A stretch of DNA of 64,000 bases from the human T2T-CHM13v2.0 reference genome, Homo sapiens. The notes beneath the pieces are model-generated. The model was given only the letters and a program-made list of their open reading frames with translations. It was not told the DNA's origin and made no database searches. The stretch is taken from NCBI RefSeq assembly GCF_009914755.1, contig NC_060948.1, one strand, 5' to 3'. Below, piece after piece: positions 1 to 18,421 of this stretch; positions within the stretch are counted from its first letter, which is position 1; the number at the start of each line of letters is the position of its first letter. The position numbers and the translations under genes were made by a program.

Positions 1-627
1 AATATAATATATACTATATTATTTCATATTACATAATATATATTACATATCACCCAATATAACTAACATACATAATATTATAATATAGATTATATTATGT
101 TATATTAAATATCATATATATCATGTATCATATATTCTATAATATATATTACACATTATATAATATGTATGTTGTCTATTATGTGATATATATAACTATA
201 TATATAATTATATTTTTATACATATAACTAGATAAACATGTAATTCTACATATTTTCATTTATAATATGTAGAATTATATAATCATATATAATTATTTAT
301 ATTCTATAAAAAATTTTATCATTATATAAATTATAATATATAAAAATTATAATATGTACTACAAATATATATATTATATATCATATATGCTATAGTACCT
401 TTGTTATATATCATAATACATATAAATGTGTATTATGTTATCTATAATTATATAATTTCATATATAAGTTGTATAATATGTATCATATATTATATATGTT
501 ATGTAATATATATAGTATATATAAGATGACACAGGATAAATATTATATACTATGACACATAAAATATATCAGGTTATATGTTACATATAAGGCATAGCAC
601 ATAACATGTAATATATATCATATATAA
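1..627. repeat. AT-rich low-complexity segment of DYZ2 unit (partial, window start)
   Basis: Degenerate (AT)n/TATAA-type sequence, near-identical to 2421-3049. Confidence 0.9.
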
Positions 628-919
628 TTTTTTTTTAGACAGAATCTTGTCCTGTTGCACAGGGTCGGGTACAATGGCGCCATGTTTGCTCACTGCAACT
701 TCTGCCTCACGGGTCCAAGCGATTGTCCTCCCTCAGCCTCCCAGGTAGCTGGGACTACACCACACTGGGACTACACCAGCTGCCACCATGCCTAGCTAAT
801 TATTTGGATTTTTAGTAGTGACAGCGTTTCACTGTATTGGCCAGGATGGTCTTGATCTCTTCACCTTGTGATCCCCTTGCCTTGGCCTCCAAATTTGCTG
901 GGATTACAGGCCTGAGCCA
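628..919 (-). mobile_element. Diverged 5'-truncated Alu (AluSc/AluY lineage), unit 1
   Basis: T9 tail followed by antisense Alu hallmarks: GCTCACTGCAAC, CCTCAGCCTCCC, GTAGCTGGGACTAC, the central GCTAAT..TTTTTAGTAG linker, GCCAGGATGGTCT and GCTGGGATTACAGGC.TGAGCCA. About 12 nt of the Alu 5' end are missing. Confidence 0.95.
749..778. repeat. 16-bp-period direct duplication inside the Alu (CTGGGACTACACCACA / CTGGGACTACACCA), present in every unit
   Basis: Read directly at 749-764 and 765-778; not part of Alu consensus. Confidence 0.92.
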
Positions 920-1490
920 AGATCCATATTTTTTAAATGAAAAAAAATTTCAAAGGTACTCTGCTTGGTACAATAATCAAATGTATAAACTGAGGAATAA
1001 AACATAACCATGAAACCTACTTATAACTGCATATGGAAAATACAGAGGATAATTTTTTAAATAACATATTTTGAAAGCCTTAACTAGTAATTTGAAGAGC
1101 TGGCATTTGAAAGGCCGGTATGAATATACCTTCAAAGCAGCAACACAGGTTCCCCATGAGAAAAAGCAAACACAGGGAAAATAAAAACACAAAGGTTCAA
1201 TCTCTTCTGACCTTTGAAAGACACAGCACAGACAGTGGTCCTTAGGACGAAGAGCAGGAGACCCCTAATTCCGTCACCATGGCGATAGGGCATAAACATT
1301 GCTGGGTGAGGGCACAATCCACATTGTGAGGTCCAACTGCTGCCAGGAAGACAGGAGTGCTTTTACATAGACCGAAAGGTCATTGAAGGCTCAGAGTTTT
1401 GTTTCAAGAACTGAATCCCAAGCCCACACGTTATTAGGCTGCGCTTCTTAAAACAAGTTATGAGATGGGAAAAAGGGCACCCACAAACAT
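920..1490. repeat. HSATI segment of DYZ2, unit 1
   Basis: ~570-bp complex, moderately GC segment between the Alu 5' end and the AT-rich segment. Position and size fit the HSATI component; boundaries approximate. Confidence 0.8.
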
Positions 1491-3341
<1,851 letters not shown>

Positions 3342-3912
3342 AGATCCATATTTTTTAAATGAAAAAAAATTTCAAAGGTACTCTGCTTGGTACAATAATC
3401 AAATGTATAAACTGAGGAATAAAACATAACCATGAAACCTACTTATAACTGCATATGGAAAATACAGAGGATAATTTTTTAAATAACATATTTTGAAAGC
3501 CTTAACTAGTAATTTGAAGAGTTGGCATTTGAAAGGCCAGTATGAATATACCTTCAAAGCAGCAACACAGGTTCCCCATGAGAAAAAGCAAACACAGGGA
3601 AAATAAAAACACAAAGGTTCAATCTCTTCTGACCTTTGAAAGACACAGCACAGACAGTGGTCCTTAGGACGAAGAGCAGGAGACCCCTAATTCCGTCACC
3701 ATGGCGATAGGGCATAAACATTGCTGGGTGAGGGCACAATCCACATTGTGAGGTCCAACTGCTGCCAGGAAGACAGGAGTGCTTTTACATAGACCGAAAG
3801 GTCATTGAAGGCTCAGAGTTTTGTTTCAAGAACTGAATCCCAAGCCCACACGTTATTAGGCTGCGCTTCTTAAAACAAGTTATGAGATGGGAAAAAGGGC
3901 ACCCACAAACAT
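3342..3912. repeat. HSATI segment, unit 2
   Basis: Near-identical to 920-1490. Confidence 0.8.
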
Positions 3913-5439
3913 ACGTATACATTATGTATATAATAATATACAGTATCATATATATAATATATATAACCTAGGTATAATATTGTTTTACATCCTGCATCTT
4001 ATGTTATATATATTGTATAAAATATAATAATTGATAATATATAAGTTTTATAATTATACAATATGACATATAGTATATATTATAATTTATGACATATATA
4101 ATATATGTTATATATCATATATAGAATATATTATACGGTTAATATACGTATTAAATATAAATTATACATTATATATATTATATATAATATATCTGTTATA
4201 TATAATACACATTATGCATAATATATATATTATGTCTATGTTATATATAGTATAAAACAACATATAATAATATATAATTGTATATATAAAATGCGACATA
4301 TACTATATATTATATTTTATAACATATGTAATATATATTATATATAATACGTTGTATGTATAATACCTATATTAAATATATATTATATGACTATGTTATT
4401 AATTACATGTCACATGTGTTATATATTATATATTTTACATAGAATATACCGGTTACATACAATATATACTATGTTACCTATAATGTATAATTTATTACAT
4501 GTAAAATAAAGAATGCAATATATTATGTATAATTTATAATATACAATATGTGGAATGTGATATATGTAACATATAATATATGATATATGATATACAGTAT
4601 ATGATATATAACATACAATATATGATTCCTAATATATATGGTATACAATATATATTTTATGATATGTATTCTATATGTTTTATATTCTGTTATATATAAC
4701 TATTTGAAATTATATATAACTGTATAATATTTTATGTAAATATGTAATATAATATATATAACTATATAATATATTATATATAACTATATATTATGTTATA
4801 TATACTTTTATAACATAATTTACATAAAATATCATAATATAATATATATTATATTATTTCATATTACATAATATATATTACATATCACCCAATATAACTA
4901 ACATACATAATATTATAATATAGATTATATTGTGTTATATTAAATATCATATATATCATGTATCATATATTCTATAATATATATTACACATTATATAATA
5001 TGTATGTTGTCTATTATGTGATATATATAACTATATATATAATTATATTTTTATACATATAACTAGATAAACATGTAATTCTACATATTTTCATTTATAA
5101 TATGTAGAATTATATAATCATATATAATTATTTATATTCTATAAAAAATTTTATCATTCTATAAATTATAATATATAAAAATTATAATATGTACCACAAA
5201 TATATATATTATATGTCATATATGATATAGTACCTTTGTTATATATCATAATACATATAAATGTGTATTATGTTTTCTATAATTATATAATTTCATATAT
5301 AAGATGTATAATATGTATCATATATTATATAAGTTATGTAATATATATAGTATATATAAGATGACACAGGATAAATATTATATACTATGACATATAAAAT
5401 ATATGAGGTTATATGTTACATATAAGGCATAGCACATAA

Positions 5440-5754
<315 letters not shown>

Positions 5755-6325
5755 AGATCCATATTTTTTAAATGAAAAAAAATTTCAAAGGTACTCTGCT
5801 TGGTACAATAATCAAATGTATAAACTGAGGAATAAAACATAACCATGAAACCTACTTATAACTGCATATGGAAAATACAGAGGATAATTTTTTAAATAAC
5901 ATATTTTGAAAGCCTTAACTAGTAATTTGAAGAGTTGGCATTTGAAAGGCCAGTATGAATATACCTTCAAAGCAGCAACACAGGTTCCCCATGAGAAAAA
6001 GCAAACACAGGGAAAATAAAAACACAAAGGTTCAATCTCTTCTGACCTTTGAAAGACACAGCACAGACAGTGGTCCTTAGGACGAAGAGCAGGGGACCCC
6101 TAATTCCGTCACCATGGCGATAGGGCATAAACATTGCTGGGTGAGGGCACAATCCACATTGTGAGGTCCAACTGCTGCCAGGAAGACAGGAGTGCTTTTA
6201 CATAGACCGAAAGGTCATTGAAGGCTCAGAGTTTTGTTTCAGGAACTGAATCCCAAGCCCACACGTTATTAGGCTGCGCTTCTTAAAACAAGTTATGAGA
6301 TGGGAAAAAGGGCACCCACAAACAT
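5755..6325. repeat. HSATI segment, unit 3
   Basis: Near-identical to 920-1490. Confidence 0.8.
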
Positions 6326-7859
6326 ACGTATACATTATGTATATAATAATATACAGTATCATATATATAATATATATAACCTATGTATAATATTGTTTTA
6401 CATCCTGCATCTTATGTTATATATATTGTATAAAATATAATAATTGATAATATATAAGTTTTATATTTATACAATATGACATATAGTATATATTATAATT
6501 TATGACATATATAATATATGTTATATGTCATATATAGAATATATTATACGGTTAATATACGTATTAAATATAAATTATACATTAGATATATTATATATAA
6601 TATATCTGTTATATATAATACCCATTATGCATAATATATATATTATGTCTATGTTATATATAGTATAAAACAACATATGATAATATATAATTGTATATAT
6701 AAAATGCGACATATAATATATATTATATTTTATAACATATGTAATATATATTATATATTATATATAATACTTTGTATGTATAATACCTATATAAAATATA
6801 TATTATATGACTATGTTATTAATTACATGTCACATGTGTTATATATTATATATTTTACATAGAATATACCGGTTACATACAATATATACTATGTTACCTA
6901 TAATGTATAATTGATTACATGTAAAATAAAGAATGGAATATATTATGTATAATTTATAATATACCATATGTGGAATGTGATATATATAACATATAATATA
7001 TGATATATGATATACAGTATATGATATATAACATACAATATATGATTCCTAATATATATGGTATACAATATATATTTTATGATATGTATTCTATATGTTT
7101 TATATTCTGTTATATATAACTATTTGAAATTATATATAACTGTATAATATTTTATGTAAATATGTAATATAATATATATAACTATATAATATATTATATA
7201 TAACTATATATTATGTTATATATACTTTTATAACATAATTTACATAAAATATCATAATATAATATATATTATATTATTTCATATTACATAATATATATTA
7301 CATATCACCCAATATAACTAACATACATAATATTATAATATAGATTATATTGTGTTATATTAAATATCATATATATCATGTATCATATATTCTATAATAT
7401 ATATTACACATTATATAATATGTATGTTGTCTATTATGTGATATATATAACTCTATATATAATTATATTTTTATACATATAACTAGATAAACATGTAATT
7501 CTACATATTTTCATTTATAATATGTAGAATTATATAATCATATATAATTATTTATATTCTATAAAAAATTTTATCATTCTATAAATTATAATATATAAAA
7601 ATTATAATATGTACTACAAATATATATATTATATGTCATATATGATATAGTACCTTTGTTATATATCATAATACATATAAATGTGTATTATGTTTTCTAT
7701 AATTATATAATTTCATATATAAGATGTATAATATGTATCATATATTATATAAGTTATGTAATATATATAGTATATATAAGATGACACAGGATAAATATTA
7801 TATACTATGACATATAAAATATATGAGGTTATATGTTACATATAAGGCATAGCACATAA

Positions 7860-8174
<315 letters not shown>

Positions 8175-8745
8175 AGATCCATATTTTTTAAATGAAAAAA
8201 AATTTCAAAGGTACTCTGCTTGGTACAATAATCAAATGTATAAACTGAGGAATAAAACATAACCATGAAACCTACTTATAACTGCATATGGAAAATACAG
8301 AGGATAATTTTTTAAATAACATATTTTGAAAGCCTTAACTAGTAATTTGAAGAGTTGGCATTTGAAAGGCCAGTATGAATATACCTTCAAAGCAGCAACA
8401 CAGGTTCCCCATGAGAAAAAGCAAACACAGGGAAAATAAAAACACAAAGGTTCAATCTCTTCTGACCTTTGAAAGACACAGCACAGACAGTGGTCCTTAG
8501 GACGAAGAGCAGGAGACCCCTAATTCCGTCACCATGGCGATAGGGCATAAACATTGCTGGGTGAGGGCACAATCCACATTGTGAGGTCCAACTGCTGCCA
8601 GGAAGACAGGAGTGCTTTTACATAGACCGAAAGGTCATTGAAAGCTCAGAGTTTTGTTTCAAGATCTGAATCCCAAGCCCACACGTTATTAGGCTGCGCT
8701 TCTTAAAACAAGTTATGAGATGGGAAAAAGGGCACCCACAAACAT
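8175..8745. repeat. HSATI segment, unit 4
   Basis: Near-identical to 920-1490. Confidence 0.8.
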
Positions 8746-10277
8746 ACGTATACATTATGTATGTAATAATATACAGTGTCATATATATAATATATTTAAC
8801 CTATGTATAATATTGTTTTACATCCTGCATCTTATGTTATATATATTGTATAAAATATAATAATTGATAATATATAAGTTTTATATTTATACAATATGAC
8901 ATATAGTATATATTATAATTTATGACATATATAATATATGTTATATGTCATATATAGAATATATTATACGGTTAATATACGTATTAAATATAAATTATAC
9001 ATTATATATATTATATATAATATATCTGTTATATATAATACCCATTATGCATAATATATATATTATGTCTATGTTATATATAGTATAAAACAACATATAA
9101 TAATATATAATTGTATATATAAAATGCGACATATAATATATATTATATTTTATAACATATGTAATATATATTATATATTATATATAATACGTTGTATGTA
9201 TAATACCTATATTAAATATATATTATATGACTATGTTATTAATTACATGTCACATGTGTTATATATTATATATTTTACATAGAATATACCGGTTACATAC
9301 AATATATACTATGTTACCTATATTGTATAATTTATTACATGTAAAATAAAGAATGCAATATATTATGTATAATTTATAATATACAATATGTGGAATGTGA
9401 TATATGTAACATATAATATATGATATATGATATACAGTATATGATATATAACATACAATATATGATTCCTAATATATATGGTATACAATATATATTTTAT
9501 GATATGTATTCTATATGTTTTATATTCTGTTATATATAACTATTTGAAATTATATATAACTGTATAATATTTTATGTAAATATGTAATATAATATATATA
9601 ACTATATAATATATTATATATAACTATATATTATGTTATATATACTTTTATAACATAATTTACATAAAATATCATAATATAATATATATTATATTATTTC
9701 ATATTACATAATATATATTACATATCACCCAATATAACTAACATACATAATATTATAATATAGATTATATTGTGTTATATTAAATATCATATATATCATG
9801 TATCATATATTCTATAATATATATTACACATTATATAATATGTATGTTGTCTATTATGTGATATATATAACTATATATAATTATATTTTTATACATATAA
9901 CTGGATAAACATGTAATTCTACATATTTTCATTTATAATATGTAGAATTATATAATCATATATAATTTTTTATATTCTATAAAAAATTTTATCATTTTAT
10001 AAATTATAATATATAAAAATTATAATATGTACTACAAATATATATATTATATATCATATATGATATAGTACCTTTGTTATATATCGTAATACATATAAAT
10101 GTGTATTATGTTATCTATAATTATATAATTTCATATATAAGATGTATAATATGTATCATATATTATAGATGTTATGTAATATATATAGTATATATAAGAT
10201 GACACAGGATAAATATTATATACTATGACATATAAAATATATGAGGTTATCTGTTACATATAAGGCATAGCACATAA

Positions 10278-10592
<315 letters not shown>

Positions 10593-11163
10593 AGATCCAT
10601 ATTTTTTAAATGAAAAAAAATTTCAAAGGTACTCTGCTTGGTACAATAATCAAATGTATAAACTGAGGAAAAAAACATAACCATGAAACCTACTTATAAC
10701 TGCATATGGAAAATACAGAGGATAATTTTTTAAATAACATATTTTGAAAGCCTTAACTAGTAATTTGAAGAGTTGGCATTTGAAAGGCTAGTATGAATAT
10801 ACCTTCAAAGCAGCAACACAGGTTCCCCATGAGAAAAAGCAAACACAGGGAAAATAAAAACACAAAGGTTCAATCTCTTCTGACCTTTGAAAGACACAGC
10901 ACAGACAGTGGTCCTTAGGACGAAGAGCAGGAGACCCCTAATTCCGTCACCATGGCGATAGGGCATAAACATTGCTGGGTGAGGGCACAATCCACATTGT
11001 GAGGTCCAACTGCTGCCAGGAAGACAGGAGTGCTTTTACATAGACCGAAAGGTCATGGAAGGCTCAGAGTTTTGTTTCAAGAACTGAATCCCAAGCCCAC
11101 ACGTTATTAGGCTGCGCTTCTTAAAACAAGTTATGAGATGGGAAAAAGGGCACCCACAAACAT
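10593..11163. repeat. HSATI segment, unit 5
   Basis: Near-identical to 920-1490. Confidence 0.8.
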
Positions 11164-12697
11164 ACGTATACATTATGTATATAATAATATACAGTATCAT
11201 ATATATAATATATATAACCTATGTATAATATTGTTTTACATCCTGCATCTTATGTTATATATATTGTATAAAATATAATAATTGATAATATATAAGTTTT
11301 ATAATTATACAATATGACATAGAGTATATATTATAATTTATGACATATATAATATATGTTATATATCATATATAGAATATATTATACGGTTAATATACGT
11401 ATTAAATATAAATTATACATTATATATATTATATATAATATATCTGTTATATATAATACCCATTATGCATAATATATATATTATGTCTATGTTATATATA
11501 GTATAAAACAACATATAATAATATATAATTGTATATATAAAATGCGACATATAATATATATTATATTTTATAACATATGTAATATATATTATATATTATA
11601 TATAATACGTTGTATGTATAATACCTATATTAAATATATATTATATGACTATGTTATTAATTACATGTCACATGTGTTATATATTATATATTTTACATAG
11701 AATATACCGGTTACATACAATATATACTATGTTACCTATAATGTATAATTTATTACATGTAAAATAAAGAATGCAATATATTATGTATAATTTATAATAT
11801 ACAATATGTGGAATGTGATATATGTAACATATAATATATGATATATGATATACAGTATATGATATATAACATACAATATATGATTCCTAATATATATGGT
11901 ATACAATATCTATTTTATGATATGTATTCTATATGTTTTATATTCTGTTATATATAACTATTTGAAATTATATATAACTGTATAATATTTTATGTAAATA
12001 TGTAATATAATATATATAACTATATAATATATTATATATAACTATATATTATGTTATATATACTTTTATAACATAATTTACATAAAATATCATAATATAA
12101 TATATATTATATTATTTCATATTACATAATATATATTACATATCACCCAATATAACTAACATACATAATATTATAATATAGATTATATTATGTTATATTA
12201 AATATCATATATATCATGTATCATATATTCTATAATATATATTACACATTATATAATATGTATGTTGTCTATTATGTGATATATATAACTATATATATAA
12301 TTATATTTTTATACATATAACTGGATAAACATGTAATTCTACATATTTTCATTTATAATATGTAGAATTATATAATCATATATAATTTTTTATATTCTAT
12401 AAAAAATTTTATCATTTTATAAATTATAATATATAAAAATTATAATATGTACTACAAATATATATATTATATATCATATATGATATAGTACCTTTGTTAT
12501 ATATCATAATACATATAAATGTGTATTATGTTATCTATAATTATATAATTTCATATATAAGATGTATAATATGTATCATATATTATATATGTTATGTAAT
12601 ATATATAGTATATATAAGATGACACAGGATAAATATTATATACTATGACATATAAAATATATGAGGTTATATGTTACATATAAGGCATAGCACATAA

Positions 12698-13012
<315 letters not shown>

Positions 13013-13583
13013 AGATCCATATTTTTTAAATGAAAAAAAATTTCAAAGGTACTCTGCTTGGTACAATAATCAAATGTATAAACTGAGGAATAAAACATAA
13101 CCATGAAACCTACTTATAACTGCATATGGAAAATACAGAGGATAATTTTTTAAATAACATATTTTGAAAGCCTTAACTAGTAATTTGAAGAGTTGGCATT
13201 TGAAAGGCCAGTATGAATATACCTTCAAAGCAGCAACACAGGTTCCCCATGAGAAAAAGCAAACACAGGGAAAATAAAAACACAAAGGTTCAATCTCTTC
13301 TGACCTTTGAAAGACACAGCACAGACAGTGGTCCTTAGGACGAAGAGCAGGAGACCCCTAATTCCGTCACCATGGCGATAGGGCATAAACATTGCTGGGT
13401 GAGGGCACAATCCACATTGTGAGGTCCAACTGCTGCCAGGAAGACAGGAGTGCTTTTACATAGACCGAAAGGTCATTGAAGGCTCAGAGTTTTGTTTCAA
13501 GAACTGAATCCCAAGCCCACACGTTATTAGGCTGCGCTTCTTAAAACAAGTTATGAGATGGGAAAAAGGGCACCCACAAACAT
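13013..13583. repeat. HSATI segment, unit 6
   Basis: Near-identical to 920-1490. Confidence 0.8.
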
Positions 13584-15115
13584 ACGTATACATTATGTAT
13601 ATAATAATATACAGTATCATATATATAATATATATAACCTATGTATAATATTGTTTTACATCCTGCATCTTATGTTATATATATTGTATAAAATATAATA
13701 ATTGATAATATATAAGTTTTATAATTATACAATATGACATATAGTATATATTATAATTTATGACATATATAATATATGTTATATATCATATATAGAATAT
13801 ATTATACGGTTAATATACGTATTAAATATAAATTATACATTATATATATTATATATAATATATCTGTTATATATAATACCCATTATGCATAATATATATA
13901 TTATGTCTATGTTATATATAGTATAAAACAACATATAATAATATATAATTGTATATATAAAATGCGACATATAATATATATTATATTTTATAACATATGT
14001 AATATATATTATATATTATATATAATACGTTGTATGTATAATACCTATATTAAATATATATTATATGACTATGTTATTAATTACATGTCACATGTGTTAT
14101 ATATTATATACTTTACATAGAATATACCGGTTACATACAATATATACTATGTTACCTATAATGTATAATTTATTACATGTAAAATAAAGAATGCAATATA
14201 TTATGTATAATTTATAATATACAATATGTGGAATGTGATATATATAACATATAATATATGATATATGATATACAGTATATGATATATAACATACAATATA
14301 TGATTCCTAATATATATGGTATACAATATATATTTTATGATATGTATTCTATATGTTTTATATTCTGTTATATATAACTATTTGAAATTATATATAACTG
14401 TATAATATTTTATGTAAATATGTAATATAATATATATAACTATATAATATATTATATATAACTATATATTATGTTATATATACTTTTATAACATAATTTA
14501 CATAAAATATCATAATATAATATATATTACATTATTTCATATTACATAATATATATTACATATCAACCAATATAACTAACATACATAATATTATAATATA
14601 GATTATATTATGTTATATTAAATATCATATATATCATGTATCATATATTCTATAATATATATTACACATTATATAATATGTATGTTGTCTATTATGTGAT
14701 ATATATAACTATATATAATTATATTTTTATACATATAACTAGATAAACATGTAATTCTACATATTTTCATTTATAATATGTAGAATTATATAATCATATA
14801 TAATTATTTATATTCTATAAAAAATTTTATCATTATATAAATTATAATATATAAAAATTATAATATGTACTACAAATATATATATTATATATCATATATG
14901 ATATAGTACCTTTGTTATATATCATAATACATATAAATGTGTATTATGTTATCTATAATTATATAATTTCATATATAAGATGTATAATATGTATCATATA
15001 TTATATATGTTATGTAATATATATAGTATATATAAGATGACACAGGATAAATATTATATACTATGACATATAAAATATATGAGGTTATATGTTACATATA
15101 AGGCATAGCACATAA

Positions 15116-15430
<315 letters not shown>

Positions 15431-16001
15431 AGATCCGTATTTTTTAAATGAAAAAAAATTTCAAAGGTACTCTGCTTGGTACAATAATCAAATGTATAAA
15501 CTGAGGAATAAAACATAACCATGAAACCTACTTATAACTGCATATGGAAAATACAGAGGATAATTTTTTAAATAACATATTTTGAAAGCCTTAACTAGTA
15601 ATTTGAAGAGTTGGCATTTGAAAGGCCAGTATGAATATACCTTCAAAGCAGCAACACAGGTTCCCCATGAGAAAAAGCAAACACAGGGAAAATAAAAACA
15701 CAAAGGTTCAATCTCTTCTGACCTTTGAAAGACACAGCACAGACAGTGGTCCTTAGGACGAAGAGCAGGAGACCCCTAATTCCGTCACCATGGCGATAGG
15801 GCATAAACATTGCTGGGTGAGGGCACAATCCACATTGTGAGGTCCAACTGCTGCCAGGAAGACAGGAGTGCTTTTACATAGACCGAAAGGTCATTGAAGG
15901 CTCAGAGTTTTGTTTCAAGAACTGAATCCCAAGCCCACACGTTATTAGGCTGCGCTTCTTAAAACAAGTTATGAGATGGGAAAAAGGGCACCCACAAACA
16001 T
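15431..16001. repeat. HSATI segment, unit 7
   Basis: Near-identical to 920-1490. Confidence 0.8.
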
Positions 16002-17535
16002 ACGTATACATTATGTATATAATAATATACAGTATCATATATATAATATATATAACCTATGTATAATATTGTTTTACATCCTGCATCTTATGTTATATAT
16101 ATTGTATAAAATATAATAATTGATAATATATAAGTTTTATAATTATACAATATGACATATAGTATATATTATAATTTATGACATATATAATATATGTTAT
16201 ATATCATATATAGAATATATTATACGGTTAATATACGTATTAAATATAAATTATACATTATATATATTATATATAATATATCTGTTATATATAATACCCA
16301 TTATGCATAATATATATATTATGTCTATGTTATATATAGTATAAAACAACATATAATAATATATAATTGTATATATAAAATGCGACATATAATATATATT
16401 ATATTTTATAACATATGTAATATATATTATATATTATATATAATACGTTGTATGTATAATACCTATATTAAATATATATTATATGACTATGTTATTAATT
16501 ACATGTCACATGTGTTATATATTATATACTTTACATAGAATATACTGGTTACATACAATATATACTATGTTACCTATAATGTATAATTTATTACATGTAA
16601 AATAAAGAATGCAATATATTATGTATAATTTATAATATACAATATGTGGAATGTGATATATGTAACATATAATATATGATATATGATATACATTATATGA
16701 TATATAACATACAATATATGATTCCTAATATATATGGTATACAATATATATTTTATGATATGTATTCTATATGTTTTATATTCTGTTATATATAACTATT
16801 TCAAATTATATATAACTGTATAATATTTTATGTAAATATGTAATATAATATATATAACTATATAATATATTATATATAACTATATATTATGTTATATATA
16901 CTTTTATAACATAATTTACATAAAATATCATAATATAATATATATTATATTATTTCATATTACATAATATATATTACATATCACCCAATATAACTAACAT
17001 ACATCATATTATAATATAGATTATATTATGTTATATTAAATATCATATATATCATGTATCATATATTCTATAATATATATTACACATTATATAATATGTA
17101 TGTTGTCTACTATGTGATATATATAACTATATATATAATTATATTTTTATACATATAACTAGATAAACATGTAATTCTACATATTTTCATTTATAATATG
17201 TAGAATTATATAATCATATATAATTATTTATATTCTATAAAAAATTTTATCATTATATAAATTATAATATATAAAAATTATAATATGTACTACAAATATA
17301 TATATTATATATCATATATGATATAGTACCTTTGTTATATATCATAATACATATAAATTTGTATTATGTTATCTATAATTATATAATTTCATATATAAGA
17401 TGTATAATATGTATCATATATTATATATGTTATGTAATATATATAGTATATATAAGATGACACAGGATAAATATTATATACTATGACATATAAAATATAT
17501 GAGGTTATATGTTACATATAAGGCATAGCACATAA

Positions 17536-17850
<315 letters not shown>

Positions 17851-18421
17851 AGATCCGTATTTTTTAAATGAAAAAAAATTTCAAAGGTACTCTGCTTGGT
17901 ACAATAATCAAATGTATAAACTGAGGAATAAAACATAACCATGAAACCTACTTATAACTGCATATGGAAAATACAGAGGATAATTTTTTAAATAACATAT
18001 TTTGAAAGCCTTAACTAGTAATTTGAAGAGTTGGCATTTGAAAGGCCAGTATGAATATACCTTCAAAGCAGCAACACAGGTTCCCCATGAGAAAAATCAA
18101 ACTCAGGGAAAATAAAACCACAAAGGTTCAATCTCTTCTGACCTTTGAAAGACACAGCACAGACAGTGGTCCTTAGGACGAAGAGCAGGAGACCCCTAAT
18201 TCCGTCACCATGGCGATAGGGCATAAACATTGCTGGGTGAGGGCACAATCCACATTGTGAGGTCCAACTGCTGCCAGGAAGACAGGAGTGCTTTTACATA
18301 GACCGAAAGGTCATTGAAGGCTCAGAGTTTTGTTTCAAGAACTGAATCCCAAGCCCACACGTTATTAGGCTGCGCTTCTTAAAACAAGTTATGAGATGGG
18401 AAAAAGGGCACCCACAAACAT
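17851..18421. repeat. HSATI segment, unit 8
   Basis: Near-identical to 920-1490; variant cluster at 18097-18118. Confidence 0.8.

Noticed and set aside
1-627. AT-rich organelle or Plasmodium-like genome, suggested by base composition
   Set aside because: The primate Alu in every unit and the DYZ2-type unit structure explain the sequence.
628-919. 7SL/SRP RNA gene or active Alu source element
   Set aside because: It has dimeric Alu structure, lacks the 5' end with the A box, shows heavy CpG decay and has a short tail.
996-1185. AATAAA hexamers in HSATI and many TATA-like motifs in the AT segment as poly(A) signals or promoters
   Set aside because: They are expected by chance at this base composition, and there is no associated gene structure.
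977-1317. Recurrent 71-aa (MCFYFP...) and 61-aa (MCPHPA...) minus-strand ORFs in nearly every unit
   Set aside because: They are short overlapping frames with non-ATG (TTG/GTG-type) starts and no recognisable domain. They recur only because the satellite does, and single SNPs freely destroy them (units 5, 17, 25, 26), so there is no sign of coding constraint.
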